A stretch of 46,844 nt of DNA from Candidatus Brocadia sp. (GCA_046291035.1 JBKBTA010000001.1:1-46844); one strand, 5' to 3'. Counted from the stretch's first letter, positions 9,968-21,180 are shown. The notes: generated from the letters alone by a model not told the origin. Numbers and translations are program-made.

Positions 9968-10047
9968 ATAGCTTAATTTGAAATTGTTACGAGTATCGGA
10001 CTTCGTCGTAAACGCCAGTCCAACGATTTTGTGTTTCGGATTTAGTA

Positions 10048-10074
10048 TGGATGGTGCGTAGGACGCACCCTACA
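10048..10074. repeat. Degenerate GTAG-type REP palindrome
   Basis: GGTGCGT-AGG-ACGCACC-CTAC. Confidence 0.5.
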
Positions 10075-10261
10075 CAAGCTGTTCTCGTGGAACAGGCCTC
10101 CTCGCCTATCATCATTGCACAGAGAAATCTTACGATGTCAAAATTCCACACGGAATTTACACAGAACAAAGTGAACGTGTTCAAAATAACAAGAGGTTCG
10201 TTGGGTTTTTATCTTTTAAAACCCGACCTAATTTACAGTGACCGGTTTTTTTCAGGAATTT

Positions 10262-11188
10262 TCAACAGGAGATGTTTTTAAGCTTCCCAATAGCATCTGA
10301 AAGATGGATCAGTTGATCAACGCCCAGATTTTCTCCCCTTATTCGTTCATCCAATTGCATGTCTTTAATAATCCCCTTCAGTTGTTCTCTTGAAATTTTA
10401 GGTAAGTTTAAATTTTCAAGACTATTTATCAAGGTCTTGCGTCGGGAAGTAAATATTGCGTAGACGATCTTTCTGAAAAATGGATAGTCTGTTATCCTGC
10501 CTGCATATTTTTCCTTGTGGACAACCACCTTAACAATGGCCGAATGAACCTCAGGTCTTGGCCAGAATACCTCCGGGGGTAAGGTTTTTACGACGTCTAC
10601 TTCGGAAAACAACTGCGTAATTACCGATAATATGCCATATCCCCTTGTACCGGGAATTGCCGTCATACGCTCCGTGATCTCCTTTTGAAGCATGAGCACC
10701 ATCAGTTCGATAGGTAAATCACCTTCTAAGAGATTGATGATCACCGGAGTACTGATATTATACGGCAGATTTGAAACAACTTTTATGTGGGTTTGATTGT
10801 GTTCCCTCAGCCAATTAAGTATAAGTGATGTTATATCCGGATTCAGTTCGTGTTTCGTTTTTAAGATATCTGTATTGATAAGGGTAATATTTTTATAAAA
10901 TTTTAGTATGTCAGATGAGAGTTCAAATAACTTTTTATCCACCTCTACGGTAAATACATGCCGGGACCTGGCAGCCAGTAACCTTGTCAAACCCCCTGTT
11001 CCCGTACCAATCTCCAGAATGACGTCATCTTCCTTCAGGTCTGCAATGTTGGGAATACTTAATAAAATGTTCTGGTCAATGAGAAAATTTTGACCAAACC
11101 GCTTGCTGGGTAGAATCCCCCTACGACTGAAAATCTGCTTCAGTACGGCCGGTGTATGGGGAATAAAGTCTATTTCGTTTTGTGGCAT
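10262..11188 (-). CDS. rsmA: 16S rRNA m6,2A dimethyltransferase
   Basis: KRFGQNFLID, LEIGTGTG.LT, VVSNLPYNISTP, FWPRPEVHSA. Confidence 0.95.
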   Translation of the reverse strand: MPQNEIDFIPHTPAVLKQIFSRRGILPSKRFGQNFLIDQNILLSIPNIADLKEDDVILEIGTGTGGLTRLLAARSRHVFTVEVDKKLFELSSDILKFYKNITLINTDILKTKHELNPDITSLILNWLREHNQTHIKVVSNLPYNISTPVIINLLEGDLPIELMVLMLQKEITERMTAIPGTRGYGILSVITQLFSEVDVVKTLPPEVFWPRPEVHSAIVKVVVHKEKYAGRITDYPFFRKIVYAIFTSRRKTLINSLENLNLPKISREQLKGIIKDMQLDERIRGENLGVDQLIHLSDAIGKLKNISC

Positions 11189-11208
11189 AATCGCCTTGCG
11201 ATAGTAGG

Positions 11209-11240
11209 TGGCATGGGCAAACGGGTTTGTCCGTGTTCCA
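11209..11240. repeat. Intergenic palindrome
   Basis: GCATGGGCAAAC-GG-GTTTGTCCGTGT hairpin with G-U pairs. Confidence 0.45.
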
Positions 11241-11288
11241 AAAATGGGGTTCGTCTATATTTTTAGTTTTTTATAACTATCAACTAAT

Positions 11289-11648
11289 TTACAACACCTC
11301 TTCATCTTCAGGTCGCCAGGCCGGGTCAACAATACACAAGAATTTTAAATCATCGTGTCCGGTATTTCTAATACATTGGATTGCATTTGGCGGGATATAA
11401 ATGGCCTGGCCCTGACGAACTTCTGCAGCCTCATTATCAATATACATTATTCCCTCACCTTCCAAGATGTAGTATACTTCTGAATTCTTGAGTTTATGAC
11501 GGTATGAAGTATCACCCTGCTTAACGGTTGCATATGCTAGACTGTATCGAAGTTTAAGGTTTTCCTTATCGGGATGCAGGAGTTCACGCAGAATTGCATT
11601 ATCCCTGGCGATAAATTCTTTGCAATTTTTCAAGTCCTTTATAAACAT
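11289..11648 (-). CDS. Cupin domain protein
   Basis: H.....EVYYILEGEG and G.AIYIPPN cupin motifs. Confidence 0.88.
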   Translation of the reverse strand: MFIKDLKNCKEFIARDNAILRELLHPDKENLKLRYSLAYATVKQGDTSYRHKLKNSEVYYILEGEGIMYIDNEAAEVRQGQAIYIPPNAIQCIRNTGHDDLKFLCIVDPAWRPEDEEVL

Positions 11649-11674
11649 TTTCCTCTGCGCTTCAGTCTCTCTTG

Positions 11675-12685
11675 TTAACGGCCTCTTGACATTCTCGCCG
11701 CCATTTTTATGGCCTCCATCATTGAATGGGGATTGGCAATACCCTTGCCTGCGATATCATAGGCAGTGCCGTGGTCAGGTGACGTACGGATGAATGGAAT
11801 GCCCAAAGTAATGTTTACCCCAGTCTCAAAGGCGTGTAACTTCAGGGGAATTGCGCCCTGGTCGTGATAGATGGCAACAACCACGTTATAAGCACCCTTC
11901 AATGCCTTGTAAAATATGGTATCGGCTGAGACAGGTCCATCACATAGTATGCCCTTTTTCTTTGCCTTTTCAACTGCGGGAATAACAACCTTCCTCTCCT
12001 CGTCTCCAAAGATACCTTCCTCCCCTGCATGCGGGTTTAAACCACAGACGGCGATCTTTGGCTTTTTTAGGCCAAAATACCGTTTGAGGTTTTCATTAGT
12101 TATGGTTATTGTCCCCAGGATATCTTCGATGGTAATTGATTGCGGTACGTCTTTTAAGGCAATATGCGCGGTCACAAAGGCCACCCTTAGCCTTCCACCA
12201 ACCATCAGCATAACGACACGCTCGGCACCAGAAAAAATCTTGAGCATTTCTGTATGGCCGGGGTAGCCATATCCAGCGCTATGGATGGCCTCCTTGCAAA
12301 TCGGCGCTGTAACGAGAGCGTCGATGTGCCCGCTCATGGCGAGATTGATTCCCCTGATCACACATTGAACGGACAATTCACCACCTTCTGCTGTTGCCTT
12401 CTTCTGCGTTATTAGATTTGAGTTAAAATTATCAATAGACAACAGTGAAATGGTTTCTTTTGAGTCATCAATTTCTGATATATGAGAAATTGTGCGATAT
12501 TTTAAAGGTGTTTTTAAAGTCCCGGCCGCCTGCTCAAATACGTTCTTATTGCCAATGATGACATAATTGGCAATCTTTCTGACGGCCGGAGATTTTAACG
12601 ACTTTACAATAATCTCCGGACCGATCCCGCACGGATCACCCATCGTTAGCCCGATCAGTAATTTTGATTTTTTATTTGCATACAT
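11675..12685 (-). CDS. pdxA: 4-hydroxythreonine-4-phosphate dehydrogenase
   Basis: TMGDPCGIGPEI, GHTE, GLNPHAGE, YHDQG, RTSPDHGTAYDIAGKG; start uncertain (ORF extends to 12751). Confidence 0.94.
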   Translation of the reverse strand: MYANKKSKLLIGLTMGDPCGIGPEIIVKSLKSPAVRKIANYVIIGNKNVFEQAAGTLKTPLKYRTISHISEIDDSKETISLLSIDNFNSNLITQKKATAEGGELSVQCVIRGINLAMSGHIDALVTAPICKEAIHSAGYGYPGHTEMLKIFSGAERVVMLMVGGRLRVAFVTAHIALKDVPQSITIEDILGTITITNENLKRYFGLKKPKIAVCGLNPHAGEEGIFGDEERKVVIPAVEKAKKKGILCDGPVSADTIFYKALKGAYNVVVAIYHDQGAIPLKLHAFETGVNITLGIPFIRTSPDHGTAYDIAGKGIANPHSMMEAIKMAARMSRGR

Positions 12686-12770
12686 GTCTTTAAAACCAAA
12701 TATGTTAACTGCGTTGAAATCAGTAAAAGCGCTAAAAAGAAATTCTTGCAACTACTTGTTAGCCTTCTTA

Positions 12771-12952
12771 TAGTATTATCCAGTAAAAATTTCTTTTTTT
12801 GTAAGTTCTTAGTAACTAGCCCATTTGTCCGCTTAAGTAGGCAGTAAGCAGTAAGTAGTTGGCAGTTTGTAATGGATATGTATCACTTTTTACCTACTGC
12901 CAACTGTGTCCTGCCTGCTGCAACTTTTTGGTTGCGGCGAAGCTGCGCTAGG
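12771..12952 (+). repeat. About 180-bp dispersed MITE-like element, copy A
   Basis: Closely matches the reverse complement of 30889-31062; bounded by TAG...CTAGG; internal AGTAGGC/GCCTACT heptad hairpin. Confidence 0.85.
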
Positions 12953-12966
12953 TGCTCTTTGGTTTT

Positions 12967-13031
12967 TGTCATTCTGAGCGAAGCAAAGAATCCAGTTTGG
13001 TGAGACCCTTCGCCATTGGCTCAGGGTGACA
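12967..13031. repeat. GTCATTCTGAGC-type palindromic repeat
   Basis: TGTCATTCTGAGC ... GCTCAGGGTGACA terminal inverted arms. Confidence 0.6.
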
Positions 13032-13060
13032 TCTTTCATTAATCCTTGTGAGACAGAGGC

Positions 13061-14353
13061 TTATAGGTGTCTCGTTTTATTATTTCGATAAATGGCCTTT
13101 GCGCCAATATCCCTTCGGTAATGCGCCCCCGTGAAAGATAATTTCTGAATTGCATCATAAGCGGTCTTCTGAGCTTCTTGTATACTTTTCCCTAATGCCG
13201 TGACCCCCAGGACGCGCCCACCGTTGGTTACAACCTTCCCATCTTTCATGGAAGTCCCTGCATGAAAGACCTGGACATTATCCAGCCTTCTTATTGCATC
13301 CAGTCCTGAAATAGGAAATCCTTTTTCATATTTATCAGGGTAGCCCCTGGAGGCCATGACTACGCAAATGGAGGCGCAATCATTCCATTCAATTTCTGTA
13401 TTCTCTAAAGTATTCTTTACCGTAGACACAAGGATCGGGACTAAGTCGCTCTTCATCCTCATGAGAAGGACCTGAGTCTCTGGGTCACCAAATCGGGCGT
13501 TAAATTCAAGCACTTTTGGCCCAGCGCTTGTGATTATTAATCCTGCATAAATGACGCCTTTATAGGGTCGATTTTCTCTCTTCATGGCATGAATGACGGG
13601 CACCAGGATATTCTCCTCTATGAAAAGCTGCATATCTTCCGTAATCGCTGGCACCGGTGAGTATGCCCCCATACCGCCTGTATTTGGCCCCTTGTCACCG
13701 TCATAAATGGCTTTATGATCTTGTACGGATGGGAGAGGCAAGATGGTGTTTCCATCGGTAATTGCAAGGATGGAGACTTCTTCTCCCGAAAGAAACTCTT
13801 CGATGACAACCCTGTCACCCGCTTGTCCGAAGATCTTTTCCTTCATGATATCCTCTATGTGTTTGTTAGCCTCTTCCAAGGTCTTACAGATAAACACACC
13901 TTTTCCCCTGGCCAATCCATCAGCTTTAATAACTAAGGGGAATTCACATGATGCTACGTGTTTTTTTGCCTGCTTTAAATCCTCAAAGACCTTAAAATCC
14001 GCAGTGGGGATGCCATGTTTCCTCATAAGAGTTTTGGCAAAGACCTTGCTCCCCTCGATGGTCGCTGCCCTTTTATTGGGCCCGAATATATGCAAATGTC
14101 CATCCCTGAATCTATCAACGATGCCGGCTATTAAAGGATCTTCAGGACCGACAATGGTCAAATCGATTTTTTGTTTCATCGCAAAGTTATAAAGACCATC
14201 AATATTTTCTGCTTCTATATCAATGCACTCAGCAACTTCTGCAATTCCTGGATTTCCCGGTGCGCAGAATATCTTTTTTACCATGGGTGATTGTGCAATC
14301 TTCCATGCAAGGGCGTGTTCTCGTCCCCCGCTTCCAATAATCAATATTTTCAT
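13061..14353 (-). CDS. purD: Phosphoribosylamine--glycine ligase
   Basis: MKILIIGSGGREHALAW, KADGLA.GKGV, GPNTGGMGAYSP, EFNARFGDPETQ. Confidence 0.97.
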   Translation of the reverse strand: MKILIIGSGGREHALAWKIAQSPMVKKIFCAPGNPGIAEVAECIDIEAENIDGLYNFAMKQKIDLTIVGPEDPLIAGIVDRFRDGHLHIFGPNKRAATIEGSKVFAKTLMRKHGIPTADFKVFEDLKQAKKHVASCEFPLVIKADGLARGKGVFICKTLEEANKHIEDIMKEKIFGQAGDRVVIEEFLSGEEVSILAITDGNTILPLPSVQDHKAIYDGDKGPNTGGMGAYSPVPAITEDMQLFIEENILVPVIHAMKRENRPYKGVIYAGLIITSAGPKVLEFNARFGDPETQVLLMRMKSDLVPILVSTVKNTLENTEIEWNDCASICVVMASRGYPDKYEKGFPISGLDAIRRLDNVQVFHAGTSMKDGKVVTNGGRVLGVTALGKSIQEAQKTAYDAIQKLSFTGAHYRRDIGAKAIYRNNKTRHL

Positions 14354-14520
14354 TGGCTTTTCCACCTTGATTGTTTAGATTATCAAATCTGTAAATATAG
14401 CCAAAGACAGCTATAAAATTTCGACTAATTTCCTTACAATTGTTACTAAAATTTTCGGAATTCCGATTTGTTTGTCTATTGTATCAGAATAGGTGAGAAA
14501 AAAGGAAAGTTTTTTTGTCC

Positions 14521-14548
14521 TTGACAGTTCAGTATGGGCTGATATACT
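14521..14548 (+). promoter_or_regulatory. Sigma70-type promoter of the initiator tRNA
   Basis: TTGACA-16 bp-TATACT about 60 bp upstream of the tRNA. Confidence 0.7.
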
Positions 14549-14605
14549 GATTTGTAGTATTTATGATATGTGGAACATCCAGCCAAGTAAATAATTGCAC
14601 AATAA

Positions 14606-14682
<77 letters not shown>

Positions 14683-14776
14683 ATAAAATCACGGGTTTGA
14701 GGTTATACCGCAGCCTTTTCTTCTTGGGACTTTGCTAAAATTGTGCTAATTCCATTTGTCATGCTATCCGGTACAT

Positions 14777-14938
14777 TGCTCCACTCCTCAGACTTTCTGC
14801 ATGATGGTGAGCGTAACGTATAACCATTTGGACAATCTTCTACCTGCCAGGCCGCTGTACTGTATAAATATCGACTCCATTCTGGATTAACCGCGTTGCC
14901 CAGGTATGCCTTAAATCGTGGAATCTAAACTTTTCAAT
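14777..14938 (-). pseudogene. Tyrosine recombinase/integrase C-terminal remnant
   Basis: Hand translation [44 protein letters not shown]: HxLRH box II and catalytic Tyr; in-frame stop at 14840-14842; next to the tRNA 3' end. Confidence 0.85.
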
Positions 14939-15017
14939 CCATGAGTGTAAATATGATTTTACTTCCTGAACGACAAATCTATTCAATCCGGCGAATTTTT
15001 TCCTTTCTGTTTTGGAT

Positions 15018-15752
15018 TCATTTATTTCCTTCTCGCCTTACAATCAATGTAATGCCAATGATATTTCCGTGATCATCAAATATCTTTGTCATCCTGGCGT
15101 TTACCGGTAAGGGGTGTTGATTGCTCGAAGGCAATATCTGAAATTCAGTGGTTTTTTCTTGAGCATTTCTAAGGGTATCCATGGGTATAGACAAACTCAT
15201 GCGTGATAGATGTGCCAGGAGATCAGGGCCTTTCGCATCGGGCTGGATATTTAAGAGTTCCTGGGCCGTCTGATTCATATTTTTAATTTTCCATTGCCCA
15301 TCGGCAACAACGACACCTTCTGCCAGACCGGACAAAATCGTGTCCAATACCGGTGTTTCATCCTTTTTGGGAACTGGTTGTCTCATGCGGAGCAGTGATT
15401 TTACCCTGGCAAGGAGTTCTGCTTTATTAAAGGGTTTACTAATGAAGTCATCTGCGCCTGCCTCAATTCCCTTGATACGGTCATCCATTTCGTGCAAGGC
15501 GGTAATCATTACGATGGGGATGTTTTTTGTCGTTCCATCTTCGCGTAACTTCTTGCATACCTCATACCCTGTTAACTTGGGCATCATAATATCCAGTAAT
15601 ATTAAATCGGGATTTTCCGTTTTTGCCTTTTCTAATGCTTCTTCACCATCATAGGCCTCAATCACATCATACTCAGATGCTGTCAGGATCACTCTGAGCA
15701 GTTTTACATTTTGCCTGATGTCATCAGCCACTAATATTTTTGCCTTGTTCAT
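15018..15752 (-). CDS. Response regulator: PleD-like receiver plus PAS-like domain, no output domain
   Basis: [38 protein letters not shown]; C-terminal EGVVVAD..W.I..MN..A..LL PAS-like segment. Confidence 0.8.
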   Translation of the reverse strand: MNKAKILVADDIRQNVKLLRVILTASEYDVIEAYDGEEALEKAKTENPDLILLDIMMPKLTGYEVCKKLREDGTTKNIPIVMITALHEMDDRIKGIEAGADDFISKPFNKAELLARVKSLLRMRQPVPKKDETPVLDTILSGLAEGVVVADGQWKIKNMNQTAQELLNIQPDAKGPDLLAHLSRMSLSIPMDTLRNAQEKTTEFQILPSSNQHPLPVNARMTKIFDDHGNIIGITLIVRREGNK

Positions 15753-15755
15753 ACC

Positions 15756-16127
15756 CTATTTTTTAATGTATTTTTCTATGACGAGCGGTAGTTCCTGTGT
15801 ATTGATGGGTTTACTGACATAGGCATTACAACCCGTATCTAAGATTTTTTGTTCGTCTCCCTTCATGGCATAAGCGGTTACAGCAATGATGGGGATGTCT
15901 TTTGTGATTGCGTCTGCCTTGATTTGTTTCACCAGTGTTAGACCGTCTATTCCTGGAAGTTGGATGTCCATAAGGATAATATCAGGTTTCTGATTCTTTA
16001 AAATATTTAATGCCTCTTCACCGGTGGTTGCCTCAATTACATTATATCCCTTTGCCTTGAGGACTACACGCATGAGTTTTCGATTTTTTTCATTATCTTC
16101 AACAACCATTACATTTTTGTCAGACAT
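15756..16127 (-). CDS. Single-domain response regulator, DivK-like
   Basis: VVEDN..N.KL, LMDIQLPGIDGL, IPIIAVTAYAMKGDE, GC.AYVSKPI. Confidence 0.88.
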   Translation of the reverse strand: MSDKNVMVVEDNEKNRKLMRVVLKAKGYNVIEATTGEEALNILKNQKPDIILMDIQLPGIDGLTLVKQIKADAITKDIPIIAVTAYAMKGDEQKILDTGCNAYVSKPINTQELPLVIEKYIKK

Positions 16128-16215
16128 ACTCTTTTCCTTGAAGAAATGGGACTAATTATCCAATATATAACCACAGAAACGCAGGGACGCAAAGAAAGAT
16201 GAGAAAATACCAGTT

Positions 16216-16298
16216 GCAACAATTTAGTTTTTTGAAAAAAATTCCTGTAATGACGTGGATCATAGAATGTAGTGGCAATTCATGAATTGCCATTGCAT
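16216..16298 (+). repeat. AACAATTTAGTTTTTTGAAAA-tagged element with a REP palindrome
   Basis: Tag followed by GTAGTGGCAATTCATGAATTGCCA; inverted related copy at 37188-37270. Confidence 0.75.
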
Positions 16299-16373
16299 AT
16301 CGTCGATTGCCACAAAGGCATTTTTAAATTTTAATTTTATAATTCAGACTTGTTAGGATTGGGATTTAGAAAC

Positions 16374-18821
16374 TTACTGTGCGCTCTTTGCTTCTGTGAT
16401 TTCTTTTTTAATACGTAACTGTTCTATCCTTTTAATTGCCGCAAGAAGATCTTCCTTCGTGTGGCTGCTCTTTTGAACAATAGCCAAAATATTGCCGTTT
16501 AATACCTTTTTATCCTCCGGGGTAATATCCTTTGCAGAGCATATAATGATAGGAATTCCCTTTGCTGTTGGATGAACCCTGAGCTTTTCTATCACATCAA
16601 AACCGCTGATCCCCGGCATCATGAGATCAAGTATCATGAGGTCGGGGTTGTTATTAATGGCAAGATTGATTCCTGCATTGCCACTGTATGCCTTCAGTAC
16701 CTCAAATCCTGCATTTTCCAGTACCGTGCTCATATATTTAACGGCTTTTTCATCATCATCCACGACTAATATTTTCAACGGTTTCCCCTTGATCTTTTCA
16801 GGGGGCATACAGGCATTTACCGTAGTAACGAGCTTTTCCCTGTCGATGGGTTTGATTAAATATTCTACTGCACCCAAGCTGAACCCAAGTTCTTTATTAT
16901 CCACAATCGACACGATGATTACCGGTATATCAGCGACGTCCTGAGAATTTTTCAGTTCAGAGAGGACGTCCCATCCATCCTTTTTCGGTAACATAATATC
17001 CAGGGTAATCAAAAATGGATGGAATTCTTTCGCCTTTTTAATAGCCTCTTCACCATCCACAGCCACGATAACATTATATCCCGCATTCGTCAAATACAGG
17101 GTGAGAAGGTCTGCTGCCATCCGGTCATCTTCAACAACTAAAACAGTTTTTGCCTCTTTTTCTCCTAGGGGGGATGCTACAAAACGAGGCCTGGCTTCGC
17201 CCTCTTTCGGTTTTGTTGGTTTGAAGGAGGCCTTTAAGGGTAATGCAAAGTAAAATATGCTTCCCTTTCCGTATTCACTTTCGAACCAGATTTTTCCACC
17301 GTGCATCTCAACAATCCTTTTGGTCAGGGCAAGCCCGAGTCCCGTACCTTCATATTTTCGCGCAAAAGAGCTATCTGCCTGCCAGAATTCCTTGAACACT
17401 TTTTCCTGATCTTCGGGTTTCATCCCGATCCCCGTGTCAGATACCGATATCTGTAACATGTCGTCCACAATGCCGGCCTCTAGGGTAATTTTCCCGTTTT
17501 CAGGAGTAAATTTTATGGCATTTGAGAGCAGGTTATACAAGATTTGTTTAAATTTGACCCTGTCAGCTTCGATGCTTTTTACATCCGTCAGTATTTCTGT
17601 CTTTAATTCCAGATGTTTTTTACTCGCGAGTCCTTTTAATATGGTATACACATCCTCAATGGCCTCAGGTACAGGAAAAACTTCGTACTGGAGTTCCATC
17701 TTGCCTGCCTCAATCTTAGACAGATCCAGTATATCGTTGATCATCTGGAGGAGGTGACAACCACTGCTGTGAATATCATTAACGAAGTCCGTCTGTTCTT
17801 CATTCAGGTCACCGGCAATCTTATCCCTGAGTACCTCTGCAAAGCCGATTATAGCATTAAGGGGTGTGCGGAGTTCATGGGACATATTGGCCAGAAATTC
17901 CGATTTCATTTTGTTCGCACGTTCCAGGGCCAAAACGGCCTGCTGCAGATGGGCAGTCTTTTCAGCAATTCGTTGTTCAAGCGTGGCATACGTAGATTGC
18001 AATTTGGTAGACATATCATTAAAAGCCCTGCCCAGTTGTCCCACCTCATCCTTCGATGATACATCTACTTTCGTTGTAAGGTCGCCCGTCTTTGTAATGG
18101 TGGCGACTGCAGCAGTTAGCCTTTCGATTGGCTTCATAAATTTTCCTGTTGTCAGGAAAACGATGACCACAATCAACAAGATGCTGATAGAACTGACGGT
18201 AACGAAGAAAACGACATTGGCTGCAAATCGTTGCTCTGCAATCTCCTTTGGAATAATGACACTAATTGCCCCTCGTAATTCTCCCACCTTGTAATCGTAA
18301 CCCGCATCGTAATTTTTTTGTATAAATTCCGGGGCTTTTTCCTTTGGCCCATGACAAAGGAGGCAATCCTCTTTTACGTATAAGGCATACAGGTAACGTT
18401 CCACCCTTTTCCCATCTATAACGTCATCATCCCAATACTCATGAAGATTCGGATCTTCCTCCATTTTTCTGAGTACCATCTCTTCAAAGAGATCGGGTTT
18501 ATTGAACACATTTCTAAATCTCATGCTTGTTTGCTTAATAATATAACCGGTCTTTTCGGCAAATTTTACCCCGATGGCACGACCAGAAACGGCTGGAATA
18601 AAAAGTTTTGTCTGTTCGTTGATTTCGATTTTGGATGTTTGCAGTGCAGAAGCAAGATAATTTCTGGTGGTTTCTAATTCCGTAGCAATCAACTTGGCCT
18701 TTTCCCGAACTTCTTTAACAAATTCCTGACGCGTCCGTTTATAAACTGAAAAGGCAATCACGCCGTTCAAAGTAACCAACAGCACGGCTAATAGTATTAC
18801 GAGTTTGTGCCTGATCTTCAT
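16374..18821 (-). CDS. Hybrid sensor histidine kinase: heme-c (Tll0287/DUF3365-like) sensor, HAMP, HisKA, HATPase, two receivers
   Basis: Two TMs flank a domain with [10 protein letters not shown] and CLLCH (CxxCH); DEVGQL...FN HAMP; [14 protein letters not shown]; [21 protein letters not shown]; two REC domains (LDIMLP, LDLMMP). Confidence 0.9.
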   Translation of the reverse strand: MKIRHKLVILLAVLLVTLNGVIAFSVYKRTRQEFVKEVREKAKLIATELETTRNYLASALQTSKIEINEQTKLFIPAVSGRAIGVKFAEKTGYIIKQTSMRFRNVFNKPDLFEEMVLRKMEEDPNLHEYWDDDVIDGKRVERYLYALYVKEDCLLCHGPKEKAPEFIQKNYDAGYDYKVGELRGAISVIIPKEIAEQRFAANVVFFVTVSSISILLIVVIVFLTTGKFMKPIERLTAAVATITKTGDLTTKVDVSSKDEVGQLGRAFNDMSTKLQSTYATLEQRIAEKTAHLQQAVLALERANKMKSEFLANMSHELRTPLNAIIGFAEVLRDKIAGDLNEEQTDFVNDIHSSGCHLLQMINDILDLSKIEAGKMELQYEVFPVPEAIEDVYTILKGLASKKHLELKTEILTDVKSIEADRVKFKQILYNLLSNAIKFTPENGKITLEAGIVDDMLQISVSDTGIGMKPEDQEKVFKEFWQADSSFARKYEGTGLGLALTKRIVEMHGGKIWFESEYGKGSIFYFALPLKASFKPTKPKEGEARPRFVASPLGEKEAKTVLVVEDDRMAADLLTLYLTNAGYNVIVAVDGEEAIKKAKEFHPFLITLDIMLPKKDGWDVLSELKNSQDVADIPVIIVSIVDNKELGFSLGAVEYLIKPIDREKLVTTVNACMPPEKIKGKPLKILVVDDDEKAVKYMSTVLENAGFEVLKAYSGNAGINLAINNNPDLMILDLMMPGISGFDVIEKLRVHPTAKGIPIIICSAKDITPEDKKVLNGNILAIVQKSSHTKEDLLAAIKRIEQLRIKKEITEAKSAQ

Positions 18822-21145
18822 TTATTTTCTACCGTAATTGCCCCTAATGGGCAGCACTTTTCAAATCCAGGTTTGATGTCCCAGCCAGAAACCTTTTCGG
18901 CGATGATCTTTGCCTTGTCCTCGACCACATCCATAACCCCATTCGAGTTCTCAACACAGATTCCACAACCCACACACCGCCTCGGGTCTACACTCACGGT
19001 AATATATTCACTATCTTTTTTTACCTTTGCCTGATCAAGGTACTGGATATGTTCCTGATCTGAAATTACCCCTAAATACGTTGGAGAATGTTTTTTTACT
19101 TGTTGTCGGCCTGCCCGATCGTAACGGAATATCGATCGCCCGCATCGTTCGCAAGTATGTAATTCCTGCAGTTTTTCAAGATAATCCATTACCGTCTGTA
19201 CTACCGTGGCGTGGCTCCATGTCAGGGGAGAAACGGAAATAGGTTCTCCGGTAAATGGATTTATCTGTTCTGCCAGCACTCCGGAGGGTAATGCACGTGA
19301 CACGGTCCATCGTAAATAGTTCACTACACGTTCGAGATCTTCAACAGACTTTGCTGTTGATACATAGTATTGTGCCAACCACATGGTGCAGATTATCCAC
19401 GGATTTCCCGGAATCGTGTCATCATTCCCGACGCGCTGGTATTGGTCATACTCATAGCGCGCAATTCCACCTATTTTGGTCCTGACCCACAAGGACTCTT
19501 CGATTGCCTTCATCGTATTTTGTATCTTGATGTCATTGGAATCATACACACCGAAGGCGAACATCCCATACAAACTGGCATCGATTGTTGCATCGATTTC
19601 ATATTCCCCTTCTTTTGTTGGATAGATCATGCGCAAAAATCTCTTGTGCTTCTCGCTGTAAAGATATTGATCGATTGCCTTTTTAATCTGTGATGCAGTC
19701 TGTCTGTATAATATCGCCTTTTCAGTATGATAAAATATTTCTGAAAGGTTGGCAGCAGCCATTAGTCCGCCATATACGGCAGCTGTTGTAAAGGATAGTA
19801 TGCCGCGCCTTTCTTCCCACAGGTCATAGGAAGGAAGCGGCAGTCCCGACTGTTCATCCCGATAACTCACGAGAAAGTCCGCTGCCCTTTCAATGAAGGA
19901 ATGATAGAGGGGGCGTATCTCATCCATTTTTCTATACAGGTCATAGTATTGCCATATTACCCAGAGAAGCAAGGCCGTTTCATCTTCTTGGATTGGTACG
20001 TGTATCTCCTCACCCTTTACCCAGGGGTGCCAGGAACTGCCAAAAGACCCGTCGGGATTGTATTTGTGCAATAAAAATCCATCTTGCACCATAACGCTTG
20101 CACAGAAATTGTATGGTGCGATAACATTTGTGCAAAAGTTAAAAAAATTCCGGCATGCACTGGTGTATCCTGCCTTCATCAGTGCATACGATACCAGCGC
20201 GCCGTCTCTTGGCCACATATAACTATAGGTGTCTTTTGCATACTGCCGGATGTCCGAATCATTTGCAGCAATAATAGCACCACCGTTATCAATCTGCGTC
20301 ATAAGGATCAGCAGGCTCCTCTTAAAAAGATCAACCACATCAGTCGGCAGGTTTCCAAAATTGAATTCCTCTTTATTTACCCAATGGTGCCAATAACTCG
20401 CCGTCCTGTCAAATATCGTTTGTGGTTTTTCGCTTAAAAGGATGTCATTCAAGGCATCAACCTCACCATAATTCTTGCCAGCTGCAATCCAATAATAAAC
20501 AACGGATTCTCCAAGAGATGGAATTTTTAATGAAATACCGATTGTGGAGTCTACGGACCCATGTGCTATGGGGTTCCCCCCCAGTATACCATCTTCAGCA
20601 TCGCGCCATGTTCCCTCTGCACCCCGATGCCTCTTGATCCCCGTTGCGTATTCTCTTACACCCCACACATCACCGGCAGAACAGTTTATTAAAAAATATC
20701 GGGGACCTTTATAGTGAATGAGACAATTCTGCTTTGCGTCGTAAAATACCGTGTCGCCAATCTCGTTTTCCATGACACTCAGGTCTTGATGAAAAAAAAG
20801 CCGGACATCTCTTTCCTTGTTTTTTAGATTCCGGACGATCACCTTGCGCATATAGATATTTTTCTCGAAATCAACAACGTCGTTGCAGGTAAGCAGGAGA
20901 CCCAGATTTTCATTGAATGCCCGTACGTTGGTTACGAGGGTTTCTTTTTGGTATCCCAGAGAAAGTTTCCAATCCCGTGCATTGACCCACGAATACCCTT
21001 CACGGGTCCATACACCAAATCTGCTTGGATTTCCCAGTGCATGATTTTCCTTTCCTACCCTGGGATAATAGAGGTCTCTAATGGTGTAGTCCGCATCAAA
21101 TGCAACCAATAATGAACCGTTACCAACAGGGATATCTCTAGGCAC
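18818..21145 (-). CDS. Glycoside hydrolase family 15 fused to a C-terminal Fe-S ferredoxin domain
   Basis: [31 protein letters not shown]; then CERC; then CVGCGIC...CCPLGAI ferredoxin signature (18821-19006). Confidence 0.88.
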   Translation of the reverse strand: MPRDIPVGNGSLLVAFDADYTIRDLYYPRVGKENHALGNPSRFGVWTREGYSWVNARDWKLSLGYQKETLVTNVRAFNENLGLLLTCNDVVDFEKNIYMRKVIVRNLKNKERDVRLFFHQDLSVMENEIGDTVFYDAKQNCLIHYKGPRYFLINCSAGDVWGVREYATGIKRHRGAEGTWRDAEDGILGGNPIAHGSVDSTIGISLKIPSLGESVVYYWIAAGKNYGEVDALNDILLSEKPQTIFDRTASYWHHWVNKEEFNFGNLPTDVVDLFKRSLLILMTQIDNGGAIIAANDSDIRQYAKDTYSYMWPRDGALVSYALMKAGYTSACRNFFNFCTNVIAPYNFCASVMVQDGFLLHKYNPDGSFGSSWHPWVKGEEIHVPIQEDETALLLWVIWQYYDLYRKMDEIRPLYHSFIERAADFLVSYRDEQSGLPLPSYDLWEERRGILSFTTAAVYGGLMAAANLSEIFYHTEKAILYRQTASQIKKAIDQYLYSEKHKRFLRMIYPTKEGEYEIDATIDASLYGMFAFGVYDSNDIKIQNTMKAIEESLWVRTKIGGIARYEYDQYQRVGNDDTIPGNPWIICTMWLAQYYVSTAKSVEDLERVVNYLRWTVSRALPSGVLAEQINPFTGEPISVSPLTWSHATVVQTVMDYLEKLQELHTCERCGRSIFRYDRAGRQQVKKHSPTYLGVISDQEHIQYLDQAKVKKDSEYITVSVDPRRCVGCGICVENSNGVMDVVEDKAKIIAEKVSGWDIKPGFEKCCPLGAITVENK

Positions 21146-21180
21146 TGTTGTTTTCCTTCCGGTAATTTGTATTTTCCAAT

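Noticed and set aside
9987-10281. Short ORFs between the HD gene and rsmA
   Set aside because: They run through degenerate palindromic repeats and have no protein motifs
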